Source: Verrucomicrobiota bacterium
GTDB lineage: Bacteria; Verrucomicrobiota; Verrucomicrobiia; Limisphaerales; UBA9464
Length of the DNA stretch: 53,540 nt
Assembly (NCBI GenBank): GCA_025360495.1
Contig: JANYCC010000231.1
Location: forward strand, 1 to 53,540
Direction of reading: 5' to 3'
Shown: piece by piece, positions 27,079 to 36,987 of the stretch
Numbering within the stretch: the first letter of the stretch is position 1
Layout of the letters: each line of letters begins with the position of its first letter
Made by a program: the position numbers and the translations under genes
The notes under the pieces: model-generated
What the model was told of the DNA's origin: nothing
Seen by the model: the letters and a program-made list of their open reading frames with translations, nothing else
Database searches by the model: none

Positions 27079-28446
27079 ATGCAGCAGGTCAAACTCGGTC
27101 TCATCGGCGGTGGCACGGTCGGCAACGCCGTCTATCGCGGACTTCTCCGCAATGGCGACCTCATGGCCTCCCGCCTCGGCGTGCGCCTCGAAGTCGTCCG
27201 CATCGCCGTCCGCGATCCCCGCAAGACCCGCGAGACCGACCTCCCCGCCCACCTGCTCACCGGCGACTGGAAATCCGTGGTCCATAATCCCGATGTCCAC
27301 GTGGTGGTGGAATTGATCGGCGGCATCACCACGGCGAAAGAGGTCATCCTGGCGGCGTTGCAGCATGGGAAACCGGTGGTCACGGCGAACAAGGCGTTGT
27401 TGTCCGCGCACGGTGAGGAATTGTTCGCCGCCGCCCGTGCCAATAATGCCAATCTCTATTACGAGGCGTCGGTCGCGGGCGGCATCCCCATCATCAAGGT
27501 CCTGCGCGAATCCCTCGTCGGGAACCGGATCACCTGCCTTCGCGGCATCGTCAACGGCACCTGCAATTACATCCTCACCCGGATGAAACTGGAGGGCATC
27601 GACTTCTCCGAGGCCCTCACCGAAGCCCAACGGCTCGGGTATGCCGAGGCGGACCCCTCGCTCGACATCGACGGCCACGACGCCGCGCACAAGACCGGGA
27701 TCCTCGCCTCGCTCGCCCACGGCTTCTGGGTGCAACCCGGCGAGGTCCACACCGAGGGCATCCGCCAGATCACCCGGCTCGACATCCAGTTTGCCGCCCG
27801 CCTCGGTTACACCCTCCGACTCCTCGGTGTGGTCAAGACCGTCACTCCCGCCCGGTTGGCCCCGCCCGGTTCCCGCCGCCGTCCGGTCGGTCCCGGCATC
27901 CAGGTCGCCGTCTACCCGGCGCTCGTCCCGGATTCACACGTCCTCGCCAGCGTCAATCATGCCTTCAACGCCATCTCGGTGCAGGGCGACATCGTCGGTG
28001 AAACCCTTTTTTACGGACGCGGTGCAGGCGGCGATCCGACGGCCAGTTCGGTGCTCAGCGACCTCGCGGACGCGGCGCTCGACCTCAAGCACGGCTCCCA
28101 CGACCGTGTGCCGGCCTTCGTTCCGCACCATGGCGGCGGACATGTGGTTCCCATGGATGCGGTTCCCTGCCGTTATTATGTCCGCCTCGCCGTGCTGGAT
28201 CGCCCGGGGGTGTTCGCCAAGATCGCCGCGGTGCTGGCCCAGGCGCGCATCGGAATCTCCTCCATCATCCAACCCGAGGGCCACGACGGTGATTCCGTGC
28301 CGGTGATCCTGATGATCCACGACGCCCCCGATGCGAAGGTCAGACAGGCCCTGGCGCGCATCGCCCGTCTCAGTGCCGTCAAGGCCCCGCCGGTCATGAT
28401 CCGGGTCGAGGGCGCCGAGGGCGCGACCGAGACCCGGGCCCCTTGA
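27079..28446 (+). CDS. hom: Homoserine dehydrogenase with C-terminal ACT domain
   Basis: Distal part of ORF 26302..28446. The ATG at 27079 gives MQQVKLGLIGGGTVGNAVYRGL. Further segments are VVTANKALL, GIVNGTCNYILT and the ACT-like YYVRLAVLDRPGVFAKIAAVLAQARIGISSI. Confidence 0.9.
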   Translation: MQQVKLGLIGGGTVGNAVYRGLLRNGDLMASRLGVRLEVVRIAVRDPRKTRETDLPAHLLTGDWKSVVHNPDVHVVVELIGGITTAKEVILAALQHGKPVVTANKALLSAHGEELFAAARANNANLYYEASVAGGIPIIKVLRESLVGNRITCLRGIVNGTCNYILTRMKLEGIDFSEALTEAQRLGYAEADPSLDIDGHDAAHKTGILASLAHGFWVQPGEVHTEGIRQITRLDIQFAARLGYTLRLLGVVKTVTPARLAPPGSRRRPVGPGIQVAVYPALVPDSHVLASVNHAFNAISVQGDIVGETLFYGRGAGGDPTASSVLSDLADAALDLKHGSHDRVPAFVPHHGGGHVVPMDAVPCRYYVRLAVLDRPGVFAKIAAVLAQARIGISSIIQPEGHDGDSVPVILMIHDAPDAKVRQALARIARLSAVKAPPVMIRVEGAEGATETRAP

Positions 28447-28484
28447 TGTTCCCGATCCGGTCCTGCTAGGCTCCGATCGTCACC

Positions 28485-29939
28485 ATGCGCTGCCCTGGCA
28501 TCACCCGCCGCTCTTTTCTCGCCGACACCGGCATGGGGTTCACCGGTCTGGCCTTGGGTGCGATGCTGGCCCGCAACCGGGTCGCCGGGGCCGATCCCGC
28601 GGTCGGATGGGCCCCGCCCTCCGGCCTGCCCCATCTGCCGGCCCGCGCCAAATCGGTCATCTGGATCTTTCTCTGCGGCGGCGTGAGTCATGTCGAATCC
28701 TTCGATGTGAAGCCGGAGCTCAACCGGTACGCGGGCAAATCCATTGCGGACACGCCGTTTGCCGGGGTGTTGGCGACCGAACACAAGGATGTGATCGGCG
28801 CCAATCCGGCCCACGGGAACCGCAAGACCCTGATGGCCCTGCAGACCGGCCACCGTCCGTACGGTCAGTGCGGGTTGGTGGTGGGGGACTGGTTCCGGAA
28901 CATCGGGGCGTGTGCCGATGACCTCGCGGTGGTGCGTTCACTCTGGACCATCCACAACGACCACGGGGCGCAACTCACCTGGCAGACCGGGCGGCATCCG
29001 CGCGAATTGGAGCATCCCACCCTCGGTGCCTGGGCGACTTATGGGCTGGGTTCGCTGAATGAGAACCTCCCCGAATACGTGGTCTTGGGCACCCCCACCG
29101 GCGATTGTTGCGGCGGCGCTTTCACCTATGGGGCGTCTTATCTCGGACCCGAGCACGGCGGCGTCCGTCTCGGCACCGATCCGGCCGAACCCCTCCCCTT
29201 CATCCATCCGTCCGGCGGCCAGGTCAGCGCTGCGGAACAGGAATCCAATCTCAGCCTGCTCGGCCGGTTGAACCGCCTTGCGGGAATCGATTATCCCGAC
29301 GACGCCAATCTCCGGGCGCGCATCAAGTCCTACGAACTCGCGTTCCAGATGCAGTCGAGCGTGCCGGAGACGATCCAGTTGGAGACCGAGCCCCCACACA
29401 TCCAGCGGCTTTATGGACTCGACCGCGATGCGACCAAGGGATTCGGACGCCAATGCCTGGTGGCGCGCCGCCTGGTCGAACGGGGCGTCCGGTTCATCCA
29501 GATTTTCCATGGCGGCGGCGGGGGCGGCGATTGGGACGCGCATTCCGCCATCCAAGCCAATCACTCGCGCCTCGCCGAGCAGGTCGATTTGCCGGTGGCG
29601 GGATTGTTGCGCGACCTGAAGCAGCGGGGTTTGTTGGACCAGACGCTCGTGGTTTTCGGGACTGAATTCGGGCGTTCGCCGGGTGCCGAGGGAACCGGCC
29701 GGGACCATCATCCCCAGGCGTTCTCGGCCTGGCTCGCCGGCGGGGGCGTGCGGGGTGGCGTCCAGTACGGGGCGACCGATGAACTCGGATTCCATGCCGA
29801 GGTCGACCGACGTTATGTCACCGACATCCATGCCACCACGATGCACTGTCTCGGGCTGGATTCGCGGGCATTGGAGGTGCCTGGCCGCAAGCGGTTGGAT
29901 CTGGACCATGGCCGGGTGATCCAAGAAATCCTGGCCTGA
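28485..29939 (+). CDS. DUF1501 domain protein (sulfatase-fold, Tat-exported)
   Basis: Tat signal ITRRSFLADTGMGFTGLALGAML. Further motifs are IWIFLCGGVSHVESFDVKPEL, DWDAHS, FGTEFGRSP and GRDHHP. Confidence 0.85.
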   Translation: MRCPGITRRSFLADTGMGFTGLALGAMLARNRVAGADPAVGWAPPSGLPHLPARAKSVIWIFLCGGVSHVESFDVKPELNRYAGKSIADTPFAGVLATEHKDVIGANPAHGNRKTLMALQTGHRPYGQCGLVVGDWFRNIGACADDLAVVRSLWTIHNDHGAQLTWQTGRHPRELEHPTLGAWATYGLGSLNENLPEYVVLGTPTGDCCGGAFTYGASYLGPEHGGVRLGTDPAEPLPFIHPSGGQVSAAEQESNLSLLGRLNRLAGIDYPDDANLRARIKSYELAFQMQSSVPETIQLETEPPHIQRLYGLDRDATKGFGRQCLVARRLVERGVRFIQIFHGGGGGGDWDAHSAIQANHSRLAEQVDLPVAGLLRDLKQRGLLDQTLVVFGTEFGRSPGAEGTGRDHHPQAFSAWLAGGGVRGGVQYGATDELGFHAEVDRRYVTDIHATTMHCLGLDSRALEVPGRKRLDLDHGRVIQEILA

Positions 29940-29947
29940 TCGGAACG

Positions 29948-30631
29948 ATGGGCGTTGTTCTCGACCGAATCGTCCCTTGGGGCCGTTCCCGGGCGGAATA
30001 TGAATTGATGTTCCGGCTCCGGCCCCCGGACTGGGCCGAGGGCGTCCTCGACTGTGGCGGAGGACCCGCCAGCTTCACCTCGGAACTTGCCGGCGAGGGC
30101 GTCCGGGCGGTCGCCGTGGATCCCTTGTACACGGTTCCCGGCCACGAAATCCGGGCGCGTTTCGAAGCCGTCGTGGAACCGATGCTGTCCCAGGTCCGGG
30201 CCACACCCGACGACTGGACCTGGGGGTTTCACAAGGATCCCGACCATCTGGCTGCCAATCGCCGTGCCGCCCTGGAAGGGTTCCTGGCCGATTATGACAC
30301 CGGGTTGCGGGAGCACCGCTATGTCGTGGGTGAACTGCCGTCCCTTCCATTCCAACCGGCCGAATTCGGTCTCAGCGTCTGTTCCCATCTGCTGTTCTTA
30401 TACTCGGACCTCCTTGGCGAAACCTTTCATATCCGGTCGGTGCTCGAATTATGCCGGGTGGCCCGTGAGGTGCGGATATTCCCTCTCCTGACCTTGCGCC
30501 GGGAGCCGTCCCCGCACCTGGATGCGGTGCGTTCCGCCGTGGCCTCCGCGGGCTGGCACAGCGAGGTGGCCGGGGTGGATTATGAACTGCAACGGGGCGG
30601 TAACCGGATGCTCAGGGTCTTCCGTACCTGA
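29948..30631 (+). CDS. Class I SAM-dependent methyltransferase
   Basis: Motif I VLDCGGGPASF, then the acidic residue AVDP, then FGLSVCSHLLF. It starts 8 bp after the DUF1501 stop. Confidence 0.65.
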   Translation: MGVVLDRIVPWGRSRAEYELMFRLRPPDWAEGVLDCGGGPASFTSELAGEGVRAVAVDPLYTVPGHEIRARFEAVVEPMLSQVRATPDDWTWGFHKDPDHLAANRRAALEGFLADYDTGLREHRYVVGELPSLPFQPAEFGLSVCSHLLFLYSDLLGETFHIRSVLELCRVAREVRIFPLLTLRREPSPHLDAVRSAVASAGWHSEVAGVDYELQRGGNRMLRVFRT

Positions 30632-30646
30632 AGCGGTTCCCTCAGG

Positions 30647-30781
30647 GCGCATCTGGGCATCGTGGGAAGCCGGGCCACGGGAGAAGCGGGGCGGGTGGGA
30701 AAACCCGCCCTCCCAGGGCGGCCGCGGCAGCTCCGGGGAGGCGGGTTTTCCTACCCGCCTTCCCACGATGCCCAGATGTGC
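30647..30781. repeat. Composite palindromic element of about 135 bp (long hairpin, or two local hairpins)
   Basis: Outer arms: CATCTGGGCATCGTGGGAAG (30650-30669) and its exact reverse complement CTTCCCACGATGCCCAGATG (30759-30778). Inner arms: GCGGGTGGGAAAACCCGCC and GGCGGGTTTTCCTACCCGC, each itself a GGCGGG/CCCGCC mini-hairpin. The left arm carries an insertion of about 21 nt. Confidence 0.9.
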
Positions 30782-31110
30782 CCGCTGCGCCACCGGCCGG
30801 GCATTCTGCATTCGCCAGCCCGGTCCAATCCTGCAATTTGCACCGTCATCGCCGGATCGGTCCGCCTCTGATCGTTCGGTTCACACCAGCAGGAGGTTCC
30901 GTCTGAACACCTTGTCCCCGGGCAGGATGGTTTGGCATGGGCCGAGCTTTACGGGATGACCTGGGTCGAGTGGGCGCCCCCGATGTTGCTGCCACCTCCG
31001 GATCACGACAACGTTCCGGAAACCTCCCCGCAGCCACGGCAATCCGGACCGGCCCCCCGATATGGGAGCCCCACCCGTGAGGCACCCGCGGGCGGGTCAG
31101 CTTATCGCTT

Positions 31111-32508
31111 ATGAATGTGGGCACACGGATCGAGAAGGATTCGATGGGTGAAATCGCCGTTCCGGACGACCGTTATTATGGGGCCCAGACGGCCCGGTCG
31201 CTGGTCCATTTCGCCATCGGTACGGAGACCATGCCACGGGAAGTGATCCGGGCGCTGGCGATCATCAAGAAAGCCGCGGCGCAGGTGAACGCCGACTTGG
31301 GGCTGCTGGCCGCCGAGAAAAGCGACCTCATTTCCCGGGCCGCCGATGAGGTGATTGAAGGCCGGCTGGATTCCCATTTTCCGCTCTCCGTCTGGCAGAC
31401 CGGATCGGGCACCCAGACGAACATGAACGTGAATGAGGTGATATCCAACCGCGCGATTGAAATCTCCGGCGGGGTTCTGGGAAGCAAAACCCCGATCCAT
31501 CCCAATGATGACGTCAACAAGGCGCAGAGCTCCAACGACACTTTCCCCGCGGCCATGCACATTGCGGCCGCGGACCGGTTGACCCGCGGCCTGCTCCCGG
31601 CGGTTCAGACCCTGCGGGACACGCTCGGGGCCAAGGCGGTGGAATACCGGGACCTGATCAAGACCGGGCGGACGCATCTCATGGATGCCACGCCCCTGAC
31701 GCTGGGGCAGGAAATCTCCGGCTATGTGCGGCAGTTGGACCAGACGCTCCTCCGGGTGGACGCCGTGTTGCCGGGCTTATATGAACTGGCCCTGGGTGGA
31801 ACCGCGGTCGGCACCGGCTTGAACACCCATCCTGAATTCGCCGTCCGGAGCGCCGCCGCCATCGCCCGGCTGACCGGGCTGCCCTTCGTCACCGCGCCGA
31901 ACAAGTTCGAAGCCCTGGCCTCGCACGACGCCCTTGTCTTTGCACATGGCGCCCTCAAGACACTCGCGGCTTCCCTGAACAAGATTGCCAATGATGTCCG
32001 CTGGATGGCTTCCGGACCCCGCTGCGGCCTGGGCGAGATCTTCATCCCGGAGAATGAACCGGGTTCCTCCATCATGCCGGGAAAAGTGAATCCCACCCAA
32101 TGCGAAGCCCTGATGATGGTGTCGGCCCAAGTCATGGGTAATGATGTGACCGTCAACATCGCCGGCGCCTCCGGGAACTTCGAACTCAATGTCTTCAAAC
32201 CCGTCATCATCCACAATTTCCTCCAAAGCACCCGTCTGCTCTCGGACACCTGCAGGATGTTCAACGATCATTGTGTCGCCGGGCTCAGTCCGAACATCCC
32301 GAGGCTGAAACATTACGAAACCCAGTCCCTGATGTGGGTCACCGTCCTCAATCCGCATGTCGGATATGACAACGCCGCGCGGATTGCCAGGACCGCCCAT
32401 CAGGACCGGATCACGCTCCGGGAAGCGGCCGTGCAACTCGGGCTGATGACCGCGGAACAGTTCGACCAATGGGTGCGTCCCGAGGACATGATCCACCCGC
32501 GGATGTAG
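31111..32508 (+). CDS. fumC: Class II fumarate hydratase
   Basis: [27 protein letters not shown] and [20 protein letters not shown] (the FumC-type SS loop). Confidence 0.9.
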   Translation: MNVGTRIEKDSMGEIAVPDDRYYGAQTARSLVHFAIGTETMPREVIRALAIIKKAAAQVNADLGLLAAEKSDLISRAADEVIEGRLDSHFPLSVWQTGSGTQTNMNVNEVISNRAIEISGGVLGSKTPIHPNDDVNKAQSSNDTFPAAMHIAAADRLTRGLLPAVQTLRDTLGAKAVEYRDLIKTGRTHLMDATPLTLGQEISGYVRQLDQTLLRVDAVLPGLYELALGGTAVGTGLNTHPEFAVRSAAAIARLTGLPFVTAPNKFEALASHDALVFAHGALKTLAASLNKIANDVRWMASGPRCGLGEIFIPENEPGSSIMPGKVNPTQCEALMMVSAQVMGNDVTVNIAGASGNFELNVFKPVIIHNFLQSTRLLSDTCRMFNDHCVAGLSPNIPRLKHYETQSLMWVTVLNPHVGYDNAARIARTAHQDRITLREAAVQLGLMTAEQFDQWVRPEDMIHPRM

Positions 32509-32531
32509 GTACCGGGGACTCCACAAAGAAA

Positions 32532-32555
32532 GGGACCGGGGTCGCCCCCGGTCCC
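32532..32555. terminator. Bidirectional stem-loop between the convergent fumC and LamG/PA14 genes
   Basis: GGGACCGGGG-tcgc-CCCCGGTCCC is a perfect 10-bp GC-rich stem. It lies 24 bp after the fumC stop and 28 bp after the exoprotein stop. The flanks (AAAG before, GTT after) carry no strong U-tract. Confidence 0.6.
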
Positions 32556-32582
32556 GTTCGCCAGCCCACGGAATCCACCCGG

Positions 32583-35500
32583 TCAATGCAACCGGTACAA
32601 CTTGGTCTCCCCGTCAACGGCTCCGGGCGTCACCGAGAACCCGCTTACCGGATTCCCCGGGACCGCTGTCCAGGTCTTGAGGTCCGTCGATTCCTCCAGA
32701 GTCCCGGCTCCGGTCCAGGTGAGGGTGACCTTCCCACTCGCGAGCGTCGGCGCGTTGAAGCGGGGGGGCGGGATCGCCGCGAAGGCCGACAGGAACGTCC
32801 CGGGGATCGGAGTCAGCGACGCCGCCGGGGTCGCGTCCCCTTCCTTGCGCCAGGCGACCTCCACATAGTCGCCCCCACCACCCTCCTTATAGAGTGCCTC
32901 GATATAATAGGATTTGCCGGCCACCAGGCTGACCGGTGCCGACGTCCGGTCATTGTCCGGCTCGACGAACGGGTTGCAACAGGCCGCCTCGAAGGCGATC
33001 TGGGACGCTCCCGCCGGATTGTTGTCCGGGCTCAGCAACAACTCCGAGGCATCGTCGCTGCGGAGGAAGAACCGGTAATCGGCGGATTCGGTCGGGGTGA
33101 TCCAACCATAGACATGCGCACCGTAATTATCGCCCCGGGAACCGAAATCAGGGTTGTTGTTAAGGTCGCCGCCGGTGGTGATGGCCATTGTGCTGAACGA
33201 GGTGAGGACGCTGTTGGTGATGACCCCGTCCGGGAACTGTGGGTCCGCCCTCAGGTTGTCGTCCACGCTGGTCCCACTGATCCCGCCATAATAGTCCCAG
33301 GCCAGGACACCCGGGGTCAGGATATAGGACGTGAAGGCGGTGCTGTTGGCACCGATCAGATTATGGGTGGAGCGCTGATCCCGGACCCCCGCAACACTCA
33401 GCGTGTACGCGGTGCCGGGGGTCAGCGCCGGAGCGACGACGACATCGACGATCGTGGAGTCTGTGGTCAGGACGACCGCGCTGGCGGTGATCCCCCCGCT
33501 GAGGGTGTAGTTGCCCGCGACGCCGGCCGTCTCGGGGGTCACCGGGCGGCTGAACACGACCCGTACACGCGTCGGCGTGGCCTGGGCATTGACGATCGCC
33601 ACCGTCGGCGGCGTGGTGTCGGCAGTCACCGTCACCACCGAGTCCGTGGTCTGCGAATTGCCGAGGGGGTTGGTGACCACCAGGCGGTAACTCCCGGAAT
33701 CAGCGGGCGTCGGCAATGAGATCTGGAGCGTGGACCCGGTGACCCCCAGGGGATAATGCAGGGAACCGTCAAAGTTGACTGCGGCCGGATCCAAGGGTGT
33801 CCCATTCTTGTTCCAGATATAGGTGTTGGGAAATCCCGTCACATTGGCCGTCAGCGTGAGGGTCGCCGGCTCGGTGGCGCTGACCGTCGCGGGGGGCTCC
33901 GTCACAATGGACGAGGCGAAATAGGCGACACTGAAATGGTGCTGGATCTGCGCCGCGGTGAGCAGGTGGTTATAGAAGGCCACCTCGTCGATCGTGCCCG
34001 GATAAGGGATCGCACTGCCGAATCGGCTCCCGATTTCAAGGGGCACACTGAGGTTCGGTCGGAACGGGCCCCCCGTGGTGCTGTCACCACTGGTGTCGTC
34101 CACTCCGTTGACAAAGATCCGGCCGATGCTGTTGCCGTCCCAGGTCACCACGACGTGATCCCATCGGCCCGCGACAGGCGGCGTCACACCCTGGACAAAA
34201 TCGACGGATTCGCCGACGCCCAGATGGGCCTCCCAGCCGTTTACGTTGAACCCCTGGTAGACCGCATAGCCCGAGCGGCCCGCGTTGCGGTTCTGGTTGC
34301 CGATGACCGCCCGGCTGATCTGCCCGGACTGGTCGGGCTTGGCCCAGAATTCAAGGGTGAAGGGTCCCGTGGGATTGATGTTGGGATTATACGGGACGAT
34401 GGCGTTGGCCACCGGCGTGGCCGAGCCGCTGAAATGGGCCGCCTTGTCCGGGGCGATGCCGAACGGTCCGTCCACACCGAGATTCACGGTGCTGCTATAG
34501 GTTCCGTCCAGGCCACCGGCATAATCCTTCAGCGTGGTGCCGCCCGTCTCGTCCAATCTCCAATAGGCCGTCGGCTGGTCGGCGAGGACGAACCGGGCAT
34601 ACTTGTCCGAGGCGGCCGGTGCGGTGAAATTCACAGTGAACGGATCGCTGGTGGCATCCCCTTGGGGATTGGAGACTGTCACCGTGTACTGGCCCGAACT
34701 GGCCACGGTTGAATTCAGGAGCGTCAGCGTCGGCGTGGTGGCCGTCGCGTTGCCCACGATGGCGGCGTTGTTGAGCTTCCATTGGTAAGTCAGTGGTGCC
34801 GTCCCGGAGGCCGCGACCCGGAAGATCGGGGCCCCTCCGGCGAGCAGGTTCCATGCTCCGGTCGGGGCGCTGGTGATCGTTGGGGCTGTCACCGCGGTGC
34901 CAAAAATGAACCGCGAATTATGAATGGCGATGGTGTTGTCCGGGAGCGCATCCCCATAGATCGCCAGTTCGTCGATCGTGCCATTCCAGGTGGAGGCGGG
35001 CACCCCGTCCGCGTTCGGACCGACCGATCCCACGTGGGCCGCGAGCCCGGTGGCCGAGCCAAAGCCCGGGTTGTCCTTGGTCCCGAGCGACACCCCATCC
35101 ACATAAGCGGTGACCTTGCCGGCATTGAAGACCAGGGCGACGTGGGCGAAACGTTGCAACAGGGGCGGCGACACACTCCACGAGGCGCCCGGCGTGAACG
35201 CATCGTTGTTATATAAGAGTGAAGTCCCGTCCGCACTGGCTTGGAGCGCATAATAGACCGAGGACGTATCGCTCGCGAGCGACAGGATGGTCTTTGGATC
35301 GGCCGAAACGGGGGTGTCCAGATAGACGAGGGCCTCGATCGTGCCGCTGCCGTCGGAGAACTCAAAGGCCGGGTTGGCGGGAACCGTCACCTCGCCCGTG
35401 CCATCAAGCCGGAGCGCACGTTCGCCATAGGAACGGTTGGTGCGCCCGTCAAACGACGCGCCCCCTTGGAGCGTACCGGTGTGGGCCGGATCCTTGGCAT

Positions 35501-36677
35501 TGCTCAGGGTTGTGGCCGAATCACCATCCACCGGGAAATAGGCCACAAGGCTCGCCTCGGCCAGGATCGCGGAGCGGTAGAAGATGTTGTTGTCGGTCTG
35601 TTTGGGAACCACCGTCAGCGTGGCGTCCGGGGTGACGACCGTCTGGCCGTTGCCGGTCACTGCCACGGTGAAAACACTGTTGTTGTCCGCTGCACCCACG
35701 GTCGGGAGGTGATACTCCGGCCCGGTGGCGCCCGCGATGTCGGTGCCGTCCCGTTTCCACTGATAGGTGGTGGCGGCGTTGAAGGTCGTCACGACATCAA
35801 AGGGTGCCGCCCCGCCATCCCATACCGAGGACGATTGGGGTTTGCTCACGAAACCCGGTCCCGGCGGCAACAGCAGCAGGTCGCCCACCACGAACTGTCC
35901 CGGTTCAAAGGTGGAGTACCGGAGTTCGTCCAGGTAACCGTTGAAGGCCGCTCCGGTATCCTGGCCGGAACCGATATAAGGGACGCCACTGGGCGCGCTC
36001 ACATCCGTGCTGGTCGCGCCATGGGCCAACCCGTCCGCATAAAAGGTGGTGACTCCGTTGTCATTGACCACCGCCACATGCACCCACCGCGACTTGTCGA
36101 CAATCAATGGATCGCCGATGACGTGACCCGCCGCGCCCAGCGAGTTCGCGGTCACCGTGATGGTACCGTCGCCATTGTCAGCGGTGCGGAATGCCGCGCC
36201 GCCCGGCGTCCCCCCGAACTGGCCGCTGCCCGTGCTCATGAACTGGGCCGTGGCGTGGTCCAGCACACCGCCGGTCCCGACGGGAAGAACCCAGCATTCC
36301 ATCACCCAGTTCGTGGGCGGAAGGCTCCATTGATCGGGCGGCGGCACGGTGTTGTTCGGTCCCTGAACCCACATGCCGGAATTCGCGACATTCGGATAGG
36401 AACCCCAGCGGGTCGAGACCGTGCTGATCGCCCCGGTCCCATCCAGCGGCCCGCCCACGGCGGTCGGGGACGTGATGGCAGCGGTCAACCCGCCACCGAG
36501 GCTGGAGAACGCCGCGTTGAACGGGTGGTTCTTCCCACTTGAATCCGCCATCACCCCGAATTCGCCCCCGCGAATCCAGGAATAGGCCGTGACTGCGGCC
36601 GTGACTGCCGGCATCAGGAGGCACGCAGCCAGTGCGGCTCCCGCCCTCCATTTCATTGATCGATGTTTCATTATCAT
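32583..36677 (-). CDS. Large secreted multidomain protein: signal peptide, several LamG (Laminin_G_3) modules, Ig-like modules, a PA14-like domain and a C-terminal FN3-like module
   Basis: ORF 32583..37172. The realistic start is ATG 36677 or 36656 (MIMKHRSMKWRAGAALAACLLMPAVTA). LamG ends are GYLDELRYSTF, GTIDELAIYGDAL and GTIDEVAFYNHLL. Ig-like segments are YQWKRDGTDIAGATG and GQYTVTVSNPQGD. The PA14-like block is YGAHVYGWITPTESADYRFFLRSDDASELLLS...GKSYYIEALYKEGGGGDYVEVAWR (about 32835-33330). Confidence 0.8.
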   Translation of the reverse strand: MIMKHRSMKWRAGAALAACLLMPAVTAAVTAYSWIRGGEFGVMADSSGKNHPFNAAFSSLGGGLTAAITSPTAVGGPLDGTGAISTVSTRWGSYPNVANSGMWVQGPNNTVPPPDQWSLPPTNWVMECWVLPVGTGGVLDHATAQFMSTGSGQFGGTPGGAAFRTADNGDGTITVTANSLGAAGHVIGDPLIVDKSRWVHVAVVNDNGVTTFYADGLAHGATSTDVSAPSGVPYIGSGQDTGAAFNGYLDELRYSTFEPGQFVVGDLLLLPPGPGFVSKPQSSSVWDGGAAPFDVVTTFNAATTYQWKRDGTDIAGATGPEYHLPTVGAADNNSVFTVAVTGNGQTVVTPDATLTVVPKQTDNNIFYRSAILAEASLVAYFPVDGDSATTLSNAKDPAHTGTLQGGASFDGRTNRSYGERALRLDGTGEVTVPANPAFEFSDGSGTIEALVYLDTPVSADPKTILSLASDTSSVYYALQASADGTSLLYNNDAFTPGASWSVSPPLLQRFAHVALVFNAGKVTAYVDGVSLGTKDNPGFGSATGLAAHVGSVGPNADGVPASTWNGTIDELAIYGDALPDNTIAIHNSRFIFGTAVTAPTITSAPTGAWNLLAGGAPIFRVAASGTAPLTYQWKLNNAAIVGNATATTPTLTLLNSTVASSGQYTVTVSNPQGDATSDPFTVNFTAPAASDKYARFVLADQPTAYWRLDETGGTTLKDYAGGLDGTYSSTVNLGVDGPFGIAPDKAAHFSGSATPVANAIVPYNPNINPTGPFTLEFWAKPDQSGQISRAVIGNQNRNAGRSGYAVYQGFNVNGWEAHLGVGESVDFVQGVTPPVAGRWDHVVVTWDGNSIGRIFVNGVDDTSGDSTTGGPFRPNLSVPLEIGSRFGSAIPYPGTIDEVAFYNHLLTAAQIQHHFSVAYFASSIVTEPPATVSATEPATLTLTANVTGFPNTYIWNKNGTPLDPAAVNFDGSLHYPLGVTGSTLQISLPTPADSGSYRLVVTNPLGNSQTTDSVVTVTADTTPPTVAIVNAQATPTRVRVVFSRPVTPETAGVAGNYTLSGGITASAVVLTTDSTIVDVVVAPALTPGTAYTLSVAGVRDQRSTHNLIGANSTAFTSYILTPGVLAWDYYGGISGTSVDDNLRADPQFPDGVITNSVLTSFSTMAITTGGDLNNNPDFGSRGDNYGAHVYGWITPTESADYRFFLRSDDASELLLSPDNNPAGASQIAFEAACCNPFVEPDNDRTSAPVSLVAGKSYYIEALYKEGGGGDYVEVAWRKEGDATPAASLTPIPGTFLSAFAAIPPPRFNAPTLASGKVTLTWTGAGTLEESTDLKTWTAVPGNPVSGFSVTPGAVDGETKLYRLH

Positions 36678-36987
36678 ATTGCTTGTGACTTTGGGATATT
36701 GCGGGTCGGGGGATCGGGTCTTTGAAGGGATCGGCAACACCAGGAATCGGCGGCCGGCCATCGTGGTCGGGAATGGGGCCGCCGGCGTTGGAGTTACGGA
36801 TGCAATGCGGCCTGTTGAGCCGTGAATGCATAATGACGTAGCCTCTTCCGCGCCGGAACGGCTGTCAACCCACGGCCCCCATTCGTCACGAGCCGGTGAG
36901 AAGCATCGACGGCCACCCGCATCCAATTGGCCGCCTGCGCCCCGGGATATAAAGATCCGGCAGGACGACGGGTTCAGCGGACAGGTT

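Noticed and set aside
30662-31124. Small ORFs in the 479-bp gap before fumC (30662..30871 +, 30846..31124 -, 30932..31114 +, 30522..30959 +).
   Set aside because: They have low-complexity Arg/Pro/Gly-rich translations and overlap the palindromic element. Nothing supports coding.
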